Of a stretch of 64,000 nucleotides of DNA, positions 12,236 to 24,489 are shown piece by piece (the stretch's first letter is position 1; each line of letters starts with the position of its first letter). Below the pieces are notes generated by a model. That model saw nothing but the letters and a program-made list of their open reading frames with translations. It was not told where the DNA came from and did not search any database. The DNA lies in the NCBI RefSeq assembly GCF_001194135.2, contig NC_069001.1, forward strand, positions 25,085,542 to 25,149,541, read 5' to 3'. The position numbers were made by a program, and so were the translations under genes. The stretch comes from Octopus bimaculoides (taxonomy: Eukaryota).

Positions 12236-13289
12236 AGGTTGCCTTTAGGTTGTTAAATTGCTAATAATCCATTCATATATACCATATATGACATAGAATT
12301 ACATAGGGAGAAGTGTGTATCATTTGTTCTAATATATGTTTCGCCACCGCAGCTCTTTGGAAAGCTCGTTCCTCGTCTCTAGTGCACATAGCCACTTTTT
12401 GGAAGCATGCAGGATGATAATAACTTACGTGGAGCACAAAGCTAGGGAGAAAGAGTGACATAAATATACACACACACATGCATATAAATATATATATATA
12501 TATATATACATACATATGTATATATATATAAATATATATATATATTCAAGTATATATACCCATCTATCTAGATGTTTAACTACACACACTCACTCACACA
12601 CACACACACACACACAAATATATATGTATGTATATATTCATTGCTACAAGCACAGATGATGTGTATTTACACACGTACTCACATATACACACTCTCACAC
12701 ACATGTATATAGGAATGTATGTGCATGCAAGTTATGTATTCTTTAGCTATTTAGATAAATGTATTTTGTGTATTTATGTGTGGTGAATTCAAAAAATATC
12801 TTGATACCAGAATGAAAGATCAAAGATTTAAAGTCGTTTTACACATGAAGTTTGTTATTTACTAAATTTTATTTGCCCAGTAGCGACACAGTTTTACATT
12901 ATTAAAATTATATTGCTGTTTGAAATTTATTATAGTTCTATAATAACTCGAAACATATTATATCTCAATTTACTTTGATAAAGTTTTATTTATCTTTTAA
13001 TTTTGAAATATATTCAACGCCATCACTTAACGTATTTTTAACAAAATATTTATTCAGTGTTTTGCTCTTAGCTATCAAAACAGTAAATTCAGCCTAGAGC
13101 AACTTAAAAATGAAGCTGTATACAATCATAGAACTAAATCTACTGTAGAAGCATTATGGTCGTTTGTCACATTATTCTCATAATGTATTCGTTTATTCTT
13201 TCAAATGACATTTGTCTTATAATATAACCTGATCACATTACACTTGCAAAAATAATACCCATAATGATATCTATCTATCTATATATCTA

Positions 13290-13437
13290 TCTTGTGATAC
13301 ACGATCCCTATTGATCGCCCCCCCCCGTTTTTTTTTTTCCCGCGATCCCTTTTGATCCAAATCATCCCCCCCCAAAGCTCTACTTTGTAATTTGTCCATT
13401 TTCTGTATTTAGCCGTGTGGCTATAATAAAAAGATAC
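13290..13437 (+). mobile_element. Possible 3' tip of a non-LTR retrotransposon
   Basis: C/T-run-rich segment ending gctctactttgtaatttgtcc...ccgtgtggctataataaaaaga (AATAAA), immediately followed by (TATC)n. It looks like a LINE 3' UTR, with no coding evidence. Confidence 0.3.
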
Positions 13438-13487
<50 letters not shown>

Positions 13488-14555
13488 NNNNNNNNNNNNN
13501 NNNNNNNNNNNNNNNNNNNNNNNNNNNNNNNNNNNNNNNNNNNNNNNNNNNNNNNNNNNNNNNNNNNNNNNNNNNNNNNNNNNNNNNNNNNNNNNNNNNN
13601 NNNNNNNNNNNNNNNNNNNNNNNNNNNNNNNNNNNNNNNNNNNNNNNNNNNNNNNNNNNNNNNNNNNNNNNNNNNNNNNNNNNNNNNNNNNNNNNNNNNN
13701 NNNNNNNNNNNNNNNNNNNNNNNNNNNNNNNNNNNNNNNNNNNNNNNNNNNNNNNNNNNNNNNNNNNNNNNNNNNNNNNNNNNNNNNNNNNNNNNNNNNN
13801 NNNNNNNNNNNNNNNNNNNNNNNNNNNNNNNNNNNNNNNNNNNNNNNNNNNNNNNNNNNNNNNNNNNNNNNNNNNNNNNNNNNNNNNNNNNNNNNNNNNN
13901 NNNNNNNNNNNNNNNNNNNNNNNNNNNNNNNNNNNNNNNNNNNNNNNNNNNNNNNNNNNNNNNNNNNNNNNNNNNNNNNNNNNNNNNNNNNNNNNNNNNN
14001 NNNNNNNNNNNNNNNNNNNNNNNNNNNNNNNNNNNNNNNNNNNNNNNNNNNNNNNNNNNNNNNNNNNNNNNNNNNNNNNNNNNNNNNNNNNNNNNNNNNN
14101 NNNNNNNNNNNNNNNNNNNNNNNNNNNNNNNNNNNNNNNNNNNNNNNNNNNNNNNNNNNNNNNNNNNNNNNNATATATATATATATATATATATATACTT
14201 CCATCTATATATCTATCTATTTACACATACATATACATAAATATATTCAAATACATATTATACACATACATGTGTGTATGTGCGTGCGTGTGTGATTGTG
14301 CGTGTGTATGTTTGTGTTTATTTATACATTTATTTGCACGACGGACAAAATGCACAGCGTCATTTCTTTCCTTATCCCATTCTGACTTCAAATTCCGTCG
14401 AAGTTCCCTCAATGATCATTCTAGTTAATTAACTTCTGTATATTTCTATATACTTTTACAAGTTCACTAAATATATTGACTGTTTTCTACTCCCTTATAT
14501 CAGAACATAGATTAATTTAACTTTGCGCAATCAATACATGCTGTCTCTCTCTCTT

Positions 14556-14586
<31 letters not shown>

Positions 14587-15320
14587 TTCTATCTCTCTCT
14601 CTCTTTCTCTCTCTCTCTCCACACACACAAACGTTCACATACATATATACATACATAAATGTGTTTGTGTATGTGTGTATATATCCTTGCTATTATGAAA
14701 AAGTTTCCATAACGTTGCTTTTTCAACAAACGCATAAATAATTTCACCATTCCATTTCTTTTTACATTAGCAAGTTTCAGCTTAAACATAATAATTTGCT
14801 GGCTGAATAAAATCGTAACTTAATACATATATGATAATTTCAGTCTGAAATACTTTTGCAAATCTGCTGTATGTGGGACTTACTACACTTTTGAAAAATG
14901 CTTAGACGTTGTACTACACTTTGACAATTTTCATATCTTGCCATCTGAAGCAGCTGGAGATACGACAGTTTGATCAAAAGAACAGCGTATTGCAAGCAAA
15001 ATTAAATATCAGTCCATCCATCTGACTATATATATATTTGGAGTAGTAGGTCCTTTCTCGTATACGAGCAAACCATTTCTAGAAAGAGTCATTCAAATGA
15101 GTCATTGATGATGCAATGTGAGGCCCTTGTATAACTCTTGAGCCCGGCCAAAGATTTCCACATTCCATTGCCTAATGCACAGCTATGCTGACTGGCAGAG
15201 GAAACAGGTGCAACAGTATGAAGGAATTTGGTGTGCATTTTCAGTCCTCCAACAGTGTGCACATGTTCTGTAAGATTCTCTCTCTCTCGCTCACACATAC
15301 ACCTATATCTGTATATATGT

Positions 15321-15386
<66 letters not shown>

Positions 15387-15399
15387 CTATGTATCTATA

Positions 15400-16510
15400 T
15401 AAACCACAAGGAGTACACAGAGATATGAGGAAGAATAATGTTGCCGTTAAGAAGGCACTCTCTCAACAAGATCTTGAATCATTCTAGTTATAAATCTGGG
15501 AGGGAAAAAGGAATTTCAACCTCAATGCATCGTGGCCAAAAGCAGTAAAGAGAAAATACTGAACCACCATCAGCAAGATATTTGCGACTGACCCGAACAT
15601 TTTCACCATTTTCAGCTGTCATTGGAATGGAATTTGGTCAGAAGAAATGTTTTCATTTAAATGTTGAACGGGAAATATCAATCCCTCAGACATAACACCT
15701 ATGCATCAATGGTTTAACAATCTCTCCTGTACCATAACAAAGAATGCTATAATTACCTAGGCATTGATGAAAGTGACTCAAGTATATCACACCATATTAG
15801 GAAAATATAGCTGACTGAATTCTCCTCTTGCAACAAAACAATATCACACAATGAATTTGCAGTACCAGAGCTGATTCCAATATTTAGGATACCCGGCTTG
15901 TCTGCAGAAGAAATCCACTCCATAAACTTTAAGACCTAAATGATTCTAATGTCAACCATAAATCATCACAAAAATAGTGATATCGACAGGCTCTACCTAA
16001 GAAACGATAATGTAAATAGGGGAGATCATTGCAGACAGCCTTTGAATGTCAGATAGAACAGTAAACGAAGTCCTACGTGTTGGATGTGAGCTCTCCCTGA
16101 AGTCCTTCCATACAACCAGGAAGCAGCTGGACTAGCATACTTTAGAGACGACATGGAGGCGAAACGTTAAGCATGCCCCGCTAAATTTAAATTCTTTTAA
16201 AAAGTCCATGGATGCATATGTTTCTTTTAGATTTGAAGAAGATTAAAACATTCACATGGAGAAAAGTCTCTTTTAGATTCTTAGCGACTACATCACATCA
16301 CAATTCGAAGGCTATGCTTTTGGAATTCAAGAGGAGATTGCTGCTAATCAACAAAAGAGAAAATGAAGACCTTGGAGTTCGAAGGTGTAAACGTAAATAT
16401 CGTTTACGTCATATTTCTGAGGAAAACCTCACACATGTGATTAACAGCCGCCCAAAAATGTCATCAGATAATACGCCACTACATGACGTGACTCTGTAGC
16501 AAAAACAATA
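15400..16510 (+). mobile_element. R4/Dong-clade (RLE) non-LTR retrotransposon remnant: RT C-terminus to CCHC zinc knuckle
   Basis: Collinear motifs VIGMEFGQKKC (15618-15650), CYNYLGIDES (15745), SDIDRLYLRNDNVNRG (15976), FEGYAFGIQEE (~16304) and KYRLRHISEENLTHVINSRPKMSS...HDV..AKTI (~16396-16510). These correspond to R4-clade DIGMEFG..KC, YKYLGI.E, SD+DRLY..R..GGRG, EG+..A.Q+Q and CRLC...E...H+...C......RH..VA. Stops and frameshifts are present. Confidence 0.82.
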
Positions 16511-17628
16511 CAGCAGATGATCCCATAAGCTCTGTGCAAATTTTGAATAAAGAAAACAAGTGATCAAATGTTATATCTAATTGAAATTTACTTTCAATGT
16601 ACTTTCCCTGATTATCTATGACGTCCTTCTATCTATTTCCAAGCTTTTTAATCCCATCAATGTAAAACTCTTTTGGTTCCAAAGCGAATAACTCTGAAAT
16701 ATGCATTTCGACCGCCTCTTGGCTTGCGAAAGTTATGTCCGCCAAATGATTATGTAAACTACGAAACAAATGGTAGTCTGAGGGAGCAAGGTCGGGAGAA
16801 TAAGGTGGATGAGGAATTTTTTCCCAACCAAGTTCTTCGATCTTCTATGATGTGATCTTTGCAGTGTGTGGTCACGCATTGTCCTGATGAAACATCACTC
16901 CTTTTCGATTCACTAAAGTAGGCCTTTTTTTCTTCAAAGGCTTGGTTCAAACGCTTCCATTGCTGACAGTTGACTTGCGCATTGATTGTTGCGTTAGGTG
17001 GGAACAATTCAAAGTGAATTATTACTTTGCAATCCCACCACATAGAGAGGAGAGGCTTTTTCCCATGAAATTTCGTTCTCGTTTGTGGTTGAGCTTTTTT
17101 TCTTTTACCAAGTCACTGATTAACATTTCGATAGAAGATCAACTTTTCGTCACTAGCCACAAGTCTATCCAAAAAAGGGTGAAATGAGTTTGAGAGAACG
17201 GAGAGAAAAGTAGATGTCAACTCGAGATTTGTGGTTGCTTTTCGACAATTCATGAGGCACCCATTTTTCAAGTTCAGGAACCTTTCCAAGTTGTTGAAGA
17301 TGATGAAAAGTTGTATGGTTTGAACTAAGCTTTATTGCCAATTCTTCAACTGATAATGCAGGATTTTCTTCAAGTACTGCCTTAACGAGCTTATCATCAA
17401 ACTAAATTGGACATCCTGCTCGATTTTCTTCTTCAAGGCTGAAATCTCCACTTCTGAATTTTGCAAACCATCTTCTGAAAGTTCATTCATTCAAGCCTTC
17501 TTTCCCATAAACTGAATGTATGTTTCGAGTCGCTTCGGCTGCAGAGTTACCTTTTTTGTACTCATAAAGCATTATGTACCTTAGATGTTCTTTGAATACT
17601 TCCATGTTAGAAAGGGTTTTAACCAAAG
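16511..17628 (-). mobile_element. Mariner (D,D34D) element, transposase pseudogene
   Basis: ATG at 17605: MEVFKEHLRYIMLYEYKKGNSAAEATRNIHSVYG. Further motifs LVASDEKL, WWDCKVIIHFELFP, VMFHQDNA*PHT and PHPPYSPDLAPSDYHLFRSLHN, with 34 residues between D2 and D3 including two in-frame stops. C-terminus GIKKLGNR*KDVIDNQGKYI. Candidate TIR cagcagatgatcccataagctctgtgc follows TA at 16509-10; the other end lies in the gap. Confidence 0.93.
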
Positions 17629-17950
17629 NNNNNNNNNNNNNNNNNNNNNNNNNNNNNNNNNNNNNNNNNNNNNNNNNNNNNNNNNNNNNNNNNNNNNNNN
17701 NNNNNNNNNNNNNNNNNNNNNNNNNNNNNNNNNNNNNNNNNNNNNNNNNNNNNNNNNNNNNNNNNNNNNNNNNNNNNNNNNNNNNNNNNNNNNNNNNNNN
17801 NNNNNNNNNNNNNNNNNNNNNNNNNNNNNNNNNNNNNNNNNNNNNNNNNNNNNNNNNNNNNNNNNNNNNNNNNNNNNNNNNNNNNNNNNNNNNNNNNNNN
17901 NNNNNNNNNNNNNNNNNNNNNNNNNNNNNNNNNNNNNNNNNNTATATATA

Positions 17951-18115
17951 TATACGATGGGATTCTTTCAGTTTCTGTCTACCAAATCCACCCACAAGGC
18001 TTTGGTCGGCCTGAGGCTACCGTAGAAGTCACTTGCCCAAATGCCACGCAGTGGGACTGAACCCGGAACCATGTGGTTTGTAAGTAAGCTACTTACCACA
18101 CAGTCACTTCTGATT
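17951..18115 (-). mobile_element. SINE family B head
   Basis: Reverse complement of gtggtaagtagcttacttacaaaccacatggttccgggttcagtcccactgcgtggcatttgggcaagtg, matching 30486-30640. Confidence 0.88.
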
Positions 18116-18799
18116 CTATATGTGCATGTGTGTGTGCGTGTGTGTGCGTGTGCGTATGTGGATGTGTGCATATAAACATTCGTATCATATTTACACACTC
18201 GCACACACACACGCGCGCACACACACGCACAAACTCAAACTTTCCACAGTTTACGAGCATTCAATCCACAAACGTCTGTTTGTTAGCAACTTAATTCAAA
18301 AAATCCTTAAGGGAATATATATATAAATTACAAAGGTTGACAATAACGATGTCACGGAATACTTTTGAGGCCAACAAATTTTTTGTGTCTGTTTGGAAAA
18401 GATCAGGAAATAAATGCTGGATACTTAAGCTCTGCTGTAAGTTTGTTTTCCTTACTATTTGTAATAAATTATTCTTTAGCTTCGAGTCATTTGTCGGATT
18501 CTTAAATCCAAAACAACTGAAAGTAATGCTTAAAGAAAAAAAAAATCAGTACATGAAAAAAATCTCTTAAGATTGATATCAGAAATGAAAATAGAAAGTC
18601 ATCAGAGAGAGGAAGGGAATGTTTGGAAGGGAATGCGTGAATCTTTTACATCTATAATAGTGACGAATCATTTACTTATTTATCGTTCTTATTTATACAT
18701 TTCGCTTTCCCTCTGATTCCTTCTCTTTGCCTTCTTGTTTCCAATTGTATTTCTAAATGAATTGATAAAACTGCGAACTGATTGAACCATTACAGCGTG

Positions 18800-19125
18800 G
18801 GTAAACAAGGATCCTGGATACAGGCTCATGCAGTCCGAAAGGATTTATCGGGATCTCTTTGCTGCAGTACTTCGGGTGCGTAAGTTTTGGACTAAGTGGC
18901 CTGTAGTCTGGTCAGTCTCACAGGCCAAGAAGTTATTCCTGATAGGCTGGTCAGAAATGGAAATTTAGTCAAGAGATGAGCTTATAACTCATACATTGTT
19001 TAATTTCCCAGACGTAGTCACCATTTGTCATAAGTCTTTACTCCCAGCAATCCCTTGCTGTCAGAGCTGTATTTCTTGGTCATGCAAATCGAAACAGGAT
19101 AATTGGAATTTAGAATGCCTCCAAG
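18800..19125 (+). mobile_element. Decayed RTE-like LINE 3' fragment
   Basis: RIYRDLFAAVL followed by cgggtgcgtaagttttggact resembles the RTE motif RIY..LV..VLLYGCETWTL with frameshift. It ends at a (TTC)n tract. Confidence 0.35.
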
Positions 19126-19126
19126 C

Positions 19127-19245
19127 CTCTTCTTCTTCTTCTTCTTCTTCTTCTTCTTCTTCTTCTTCTTCTTCTTCTTCTTCTTCTTCTTCTTCTTCTT
19201 CTTCTTCTTCTTCTTCTTCTTCTTCTTCTTCTTCTTCTTCTTCTT

Positions 19246-19304
<59 letters not shown>

Positions 19305-19317
19305 CATTATTATTATT
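19127..19317. repeat. (TTC)~49 followed by (TTA)~14
   Basis: Read directly. Confidence 0.97.
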
Positions 19318-20275
19318 GAGTTAGAGATCAGTGCATGCCATCAAAGTGACAACGGGGTAAAATATACGAAGCCCAGTACACCTATCATGACTACACGTCT
19401 GATAAGGGTACACCAGGTACATGCATCACAACCATATGTGATTGACATGGTGATCTTATATCAATATAAACAACGCATGGACTTGCAGGGGGGGGGGTCT
19501 CACTTAGAGTTTTCTTCATGTTGAGTAGCCCATCCTGCTCGCGAAATTCTTTTTCAGATGAGTTCCGGCCCCCAGTTATGAACTCATTTGCATACAGCCA
19601 ATCAGAGCTCAACTATCAAACTAATTTATGAGCGCTTAACAAGTGATGGGCGATAAGATAAGATCACTTGGGTAAGGAATGACTATATGTCTTTTCTCTT
19701 TTAATATTGCATGTTGTTCTTGTCGGGCATAATCTGAGAGCTGAGCGGCACCTTTCTTTCATACTTTTCAAACAATCCTTCCACCGTCTGCCAGCACTAA
19801 TGCCGTTTCTGCCACCAGCAACAACCTTTGATTACTTGACAACAAGGTCAAAGTGAGCTCTGATTGGCTGTATGCAAAAGAATTCATTAATGGGCACTAG
19901 AACTCTCGGGTGAAAAAAAGAATTTCGCTGCCCGCTCAAAATGTCCCTGAGTAAGGGATGTTTAAGGATGTTGAAGGTAACACACATGTTTCTAACGATG
20001 ATATATCCAAACCCCGAGGAATTACTCTTAACACATGACTATTATGCTCCCCCAAAACCTTTGCTCGTAATCAGAGATGTATATATCGACAGCAACTGAA
20101 GGACATGCTGAAAGAGTTAAGGTTAAACAACTGACAAGCAAACCTGTGTTATTGAGCAGAATATTTGCTGTAGCCCATCTTTTATACCAACACAAAACAA
20201 TGTACATGATAACACTTCCAGTCAGTTAAGATGAGAAGCCATGAGAGCCAGCGCCTGGTAATTCATCAGAGTATT
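19318..20275 (-). mobile_element. ~550-bp non-coding interspersed element (family D), copy 1, interrupted by a nested TIR element
   Basis: 19318-19540 and 19929-20275 are the reverse complement of the contiguous 55461-56013 (e.g. cagtgcatgccatcaaagtgac vs gtcactttgatggcatgcactg; ttgagcagaatatttgctgt vs acagcaaatattctgctcaa). Flanked by (TTA)n on both sides. Strand is defined relative to copy 2. Confidence 0.85.
19541..19928. mobile_element. 388-bp non-autonomous TIR element (MITE-like, ~75-bp TIRs)
   Basis: Left gcgaaattcttttt...tttgcatacagccaatcagagctca and right tgagctctgattggctgtatgcaaa...aaaaaagaatttcgc are inverted. The element is absent at the orthologous position of family D copy 2. 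Flanking cctgctc/cccgctc duplication. Confidence 0.88.
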
Positions 20276-20285
20276 TGTTGTCGTC

Positions 20286-20344
<59 letters not shown>

Positions 20345-20696
20345 NNNNNNNNNNNNNNNNNNNNNNNNNNNNNNNNNNNNNNNNNNNNNNNNNNNNNNNN
20401 NNNNNNNNNNNNNNNNNNNNNNNNNNNNNNNNNNNNNNNNNNNNNNNNNNNNNNNNNNNNNNNNNNNNNNNNNNNNNNNNNNNNNNNNNNNNNNNNNNNN
20501 NNNNNNNNNNNNNNNNNNNNNNNNNNNNNNNNNNNNNNNNNNNNNNNNNNNNNNNNNNNNNNNNNNNNNNNNNNNNNNNNNNNNNNNNNNNNNNNNNNNN
20601 NNNNNNNNNNNNNNNNNNNNNNNNNNNNNNNNNNNNNNNNNNNNNNNNNNNNNNNNNNNNNNNNNNNNNNNNNNNNNNNNNNNNNNNNNNNNNNNN

Positions 20697-20887
20697 TACA
20701 AGTTGGATCCGAGTCTCACCCAGAGACCTCAAGAGACAACAAGTTAGAAGTTCATGTAGGTGCTATGTCTAGGGTACCATATATTTGGATTTGTACAGTT
20801 TTGTTCAAGTGAATGTTTAAGAAACCATAAGAAAATTATGCGTTTGCTTTAAAATTTGAGATCACATAGACAGTATTTTACGTAGGA

Positions 20888-20888
<1 letters not shown>
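20697..20888 (-). mobile_element. 3' tip of an R4/Dong-like RLE retrotransposon
   Basis: Minus strand atc cta cgt aaa ata ctg tct atg tga = ILRKILSM* (20888-20862), matching the R4-clade C-terminus (..GTA.ILRK+L*). About 165 bp of 3' UTR follows. It is preceded directly by (AAT)n and followed by a gap and then (AAT)n. Confidence 0.65.
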
Positions 20889-20943
<55 letters not shown>

Positions 20944-21035
20944 GTAGTAGTAGTAGTATCATCATCATCATCATCATCATTATTATTATTATCATTGGTC
21001 TTGTTGTTGTTGTTGTTGTTGTTGTTGCTGCTGCG
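20889..21035. repeat. Compound trinucleotide tract (TTA)n(GTA)n(TCA)n(TTG)n
   Basis: Read directly. Confidence 0.95.
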
Positions 21036-23026
21036 CCCTTGATTTTGCTGTAATTGACGTTTCACGATGCAAAAGTATTCTTCATCCTTTTGTTGTTATG
21101 GTGGTTATCGTTTATGTTCCTAATGCTGTTGTTGTTGTTGTTGTTGTTGTTGTTAATATATCTAACTACTCACCTGGTTGTTGGGAATGTCATTAATATA
21201 GCAGGTGTTCACGTCTAGTTACCTAAAGCAATACAGAACTTATAAATCACGAGGACGTCGCGAAGATTCGTATCACTGTCAATGCTGTTTTCTGAACGTG
21301 TTCTACTTTCATTTTGATGCCAATATTTTCCAATCACTTTTAAATGTTATTGCTTACTGTAGCTAGGCTAACAACAGTTGTTATCACAAAATATAAATTT
21401 TCCCTTTACCATAGCGTTTTCTTTTCATTCTTCAGTACTTCCTAACTTGTCAGTTTTTCGACTCATTCGGAAATTTTGAATCGATAAGCCTGATTCTACG
21501 AAATACAGATTGGTGACTTTGGCAGTATTTAAAATCTTGAACCTATGTCTGACCATCTGCTATCCAGCTGAGTTGGTCATGTGTGATGCTCGTAAAAGAA
21601 AGCAAAGTAACATCAATCGATTATAAAATAAAAAAGATATTATAATTCCTTGAGAAATGTAACCAAATCTATGTAATATTAATTAACACTCATCAACAAT
21701 TATCTTTCTTGTATATTTGGGGTTCTCTTGATTTTAGCTTCGCTTTAAAATATTTTCTTATTGTTTCCCCTCTAGCAATCTCAATTTCCCCTTATATAAA
21801 ATTCAATTTAAGTTCTTAACAACTATGATTTTTTTTTATACATATAGATTTGCTTTTTTATGTTGTATTTATATTTTCTTTTATTTTATCATTGCTATTA
21901 TTTTGTATGAAACGATAAAATTTAGATTGAATGATAAAAATGCTGGAAGTCAATTATCAAAAGCAATCTTCTAAAGTTCTAGAAATATATTTGATCACCC
22001 ACACTTTAGAATAATGTAAATTGATTTTATTTTATTCTAGAAGAGCAAGGAAGCTTGAAATAAAATAAACAATCAGACAATACATAAATGAATAATACAA
22101 ATAATAAACAAACAATAACTTTATCTAAACGTTCTCTCTCAATCAATTCTGCAACTGAAGTAGTTCTTTACAAATGAATGTTCAAATTAACGTCACAGTT
22201 ACTGGTCAGGAATGCGATTAAAACATTAGAAACAAACAATAAATTCTACAAACTACATTGGTCTGTGTTATCAAGTGAAAAGGTCACGACTTTTAGCCAT
22301 CAAAACGCTCCACTTTTGGCAGACGGTTCATTGCTATCTGCTGTCACTTATTTGGATAAATATGCAAAGTTATACAATTTTTTCTTCAATATATATTGTC
22401 AAATTTCACCAGTGATTGATTTATTTGGCAATCATTATATCGTATTAATTCTTGTGTTCCATGGTGTGACACATTTTAAAAATCTTGTACAAGATCTTTA
22501 TAATTCACACTTTTATTAACGTACATATATAGTTATACACACCATCTAACACTAGTGAATAATCCAGCATTAATTGGAACTGATATGAAAACCATTAGAG
22601 TTAATAAGAGACTTACGTCAAATAATGCCTATGTTCTCTCGAAAATTTATAATGGGCTATTTGATCACGGTATGTGGAACTGAAGAGAAATAATTTTTCT
22701 TCTCATCATTGTCCTATCGTTTTGTGGAACAAAGCTCCGTCGCGAAATTGATTGAAAGAAAATTATGCTCAATTGTATTTCATACACACACACACAAACA
22801 CACACGCACCCCCCGCACGCACACCCACACACACATAAACACACATAAACACACGTACGTACATGCACACATACACACACACGTGCAGAGACACGCACTT
22901 ATATTTTGTATTAAATGTCAGTACATTTGTTTGTCATCTTTATCTCCCTCTATCTTAATCGCTGTACACACACACAAACGTATATGTGTGTGTATGTGTA
23001 TGTGTGTTTGTGTGTGTATATTCCAA

Positions 23027-23325
23027 AGGCGCATAGTTTAGTGGTTATTGTGTTTCACTCACGATTGCGAGATCGTGGGTTCCATTCCCAGACCGAGCAT
23101 TGGATTGTGTTCTTGAGCAAAGCACTTCATGTCATGTTGCTTCACGATCATTTCATCGTTTGACGTGTGTCACATGGTGCACCTGTACAGGTGATGTTGA
23201 TTTGATGGAGGGAGTGAGCTAATGTTTACACAAACATTCGATCACTAAGAACAAATCATCTGTGTGGTTGTTCGGCAAGAAATTGCTGAATCCTCATACG
23301 TCGTCTAACGATGGAAGAATCCTAG
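23027..23325 (+). mobile_element. tRNA-derived SINE, further family/variant
   Basis: A box (gcatagtttagtggtta), B box (gggttccattccc), then ttgtgttcttgagcaaagcacttcat (CORE-like). The body differs from families A-C. Confidence 0.7.
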
Positions 23326-23559
23326 CCATGTTCCAGAAATTTATCAGAAAAAATATCAACGGAAAATTCACATAAAAGATATAACTAATTCCTCATCAGT
23401 CAACGTCTAAAAGATCATAACAGTTTTGTGTCATTAACAATGATATTGTTCGTTTTTGGCAGCACCAGCGGCGGGAAGCCACTGGGCATAGCTAACAGAC
23501 GTACTGGTCAACGACAACAACAGACACGACAAAATGTGGATATAAATGAATATAAATGT

Positions 23560-23830
23560 AGATACTTATACAAAAATGAAAGAAAGGCCTAGCGGCGGTT
23601 CGACAGGAGAGTATGGAGCAACGCACAAGAAATTGTCTTATAGAACTGGAAACGAGAAAATGATAGATGGAAAGTCAGAGCGAAAGGTGAAGAATATAAA
23701 CCGTATAAAAACAGTGTAGAAGAAAATGGAAGAGTGACTCATTAAGCCAAAGGTGAGGCGAAAAAGGAAATAGACGAGAGAGATATTCCTGCGTTTATGA
23801 AGACAGTGTGAGAAGTTGTTTCATTTTGGC
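23560..23830 (+). mobile_element. Very old RTE-like fragment
   Basis: Purine-rich segment with gccaaaggtgaggcgaaaaaggaa (AKGEAKKE), similar to the RTE EN-RT linker. Weak. Confidence 0.25.
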
Positions 23831-24489
23831 AAATGATACGATATCAATAGTTACCATATCATATAACTTTCAATATCAGTATGTCAACAGATATGATGAC
23901 AAATATGATGGCTGTAATTAGAAACATGAGATGACTCAATACAGAAAATAGGCAGATATTGATTTAATATCGGTACCATATACAAAAAGAAAAATATATA
24001 CTGTTCACGGTACACTAGTACAAAGCAGGCATATAATGCATGACAAAAGTATGTATATGTAAATAGCAATGATGATTATGCTTACAAAATCTTCATATTG
24101 ATAAGTGAGTTAAAAACGTGTTATATTCTCACTATGTTTAACTCACTGTAAGTATACAGAGTTGAATTTAATTATTGCATTCTGAAGTTAACTTTAAAGA
24201 ATACAGTCGCCTCAAGCACGCTTGATTTCTTGTGGTTTATGTATTGGGGAGTTTATGTCTTTAAAAACAAGATGACTTTTGTAAGGATTTGTTCATAATC
24301 ATTTTTGTTGCTAGACCATTGATACATCGAGAGAGCTAGGATAAAGGGTTTCTGCTTGAGAGGTAGAACATGGTATTCAAGTGTTTCTCTCCCGGTCAGA
24401 CATATGGCGGTTGTAAAAGTCATGTTTTAACCATCTACAAAGCATATATACATATATGCTTTGTACATATATGTGTTTGTATATACATA

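Noticed and set aside
15089-15298. KSLAGLKSYTRASH zinc-finger-like echo on the minus strand
   Set aside because: The Cys/His ligands are incomplete; at best a LINE scrap, not supportable as a feature.
19103-19324. Poly-S/F/R ORFs, and D/T/M-rich ORFs at 43144-43646 and 52406-52666
   Set aside because: They are translations of trinucleotide microsatellites.
22178-22519. 113-aa plus-strand ORF
   Set aside because: No motif; the composition reflects AT-rich non-coding DNA.
24436-24465. 30-bp hairpin tacaaagcatatat-ac-atatatgctttgta
   Set aside because: Short and built on a (TA) core; most likely a local template-switch product.
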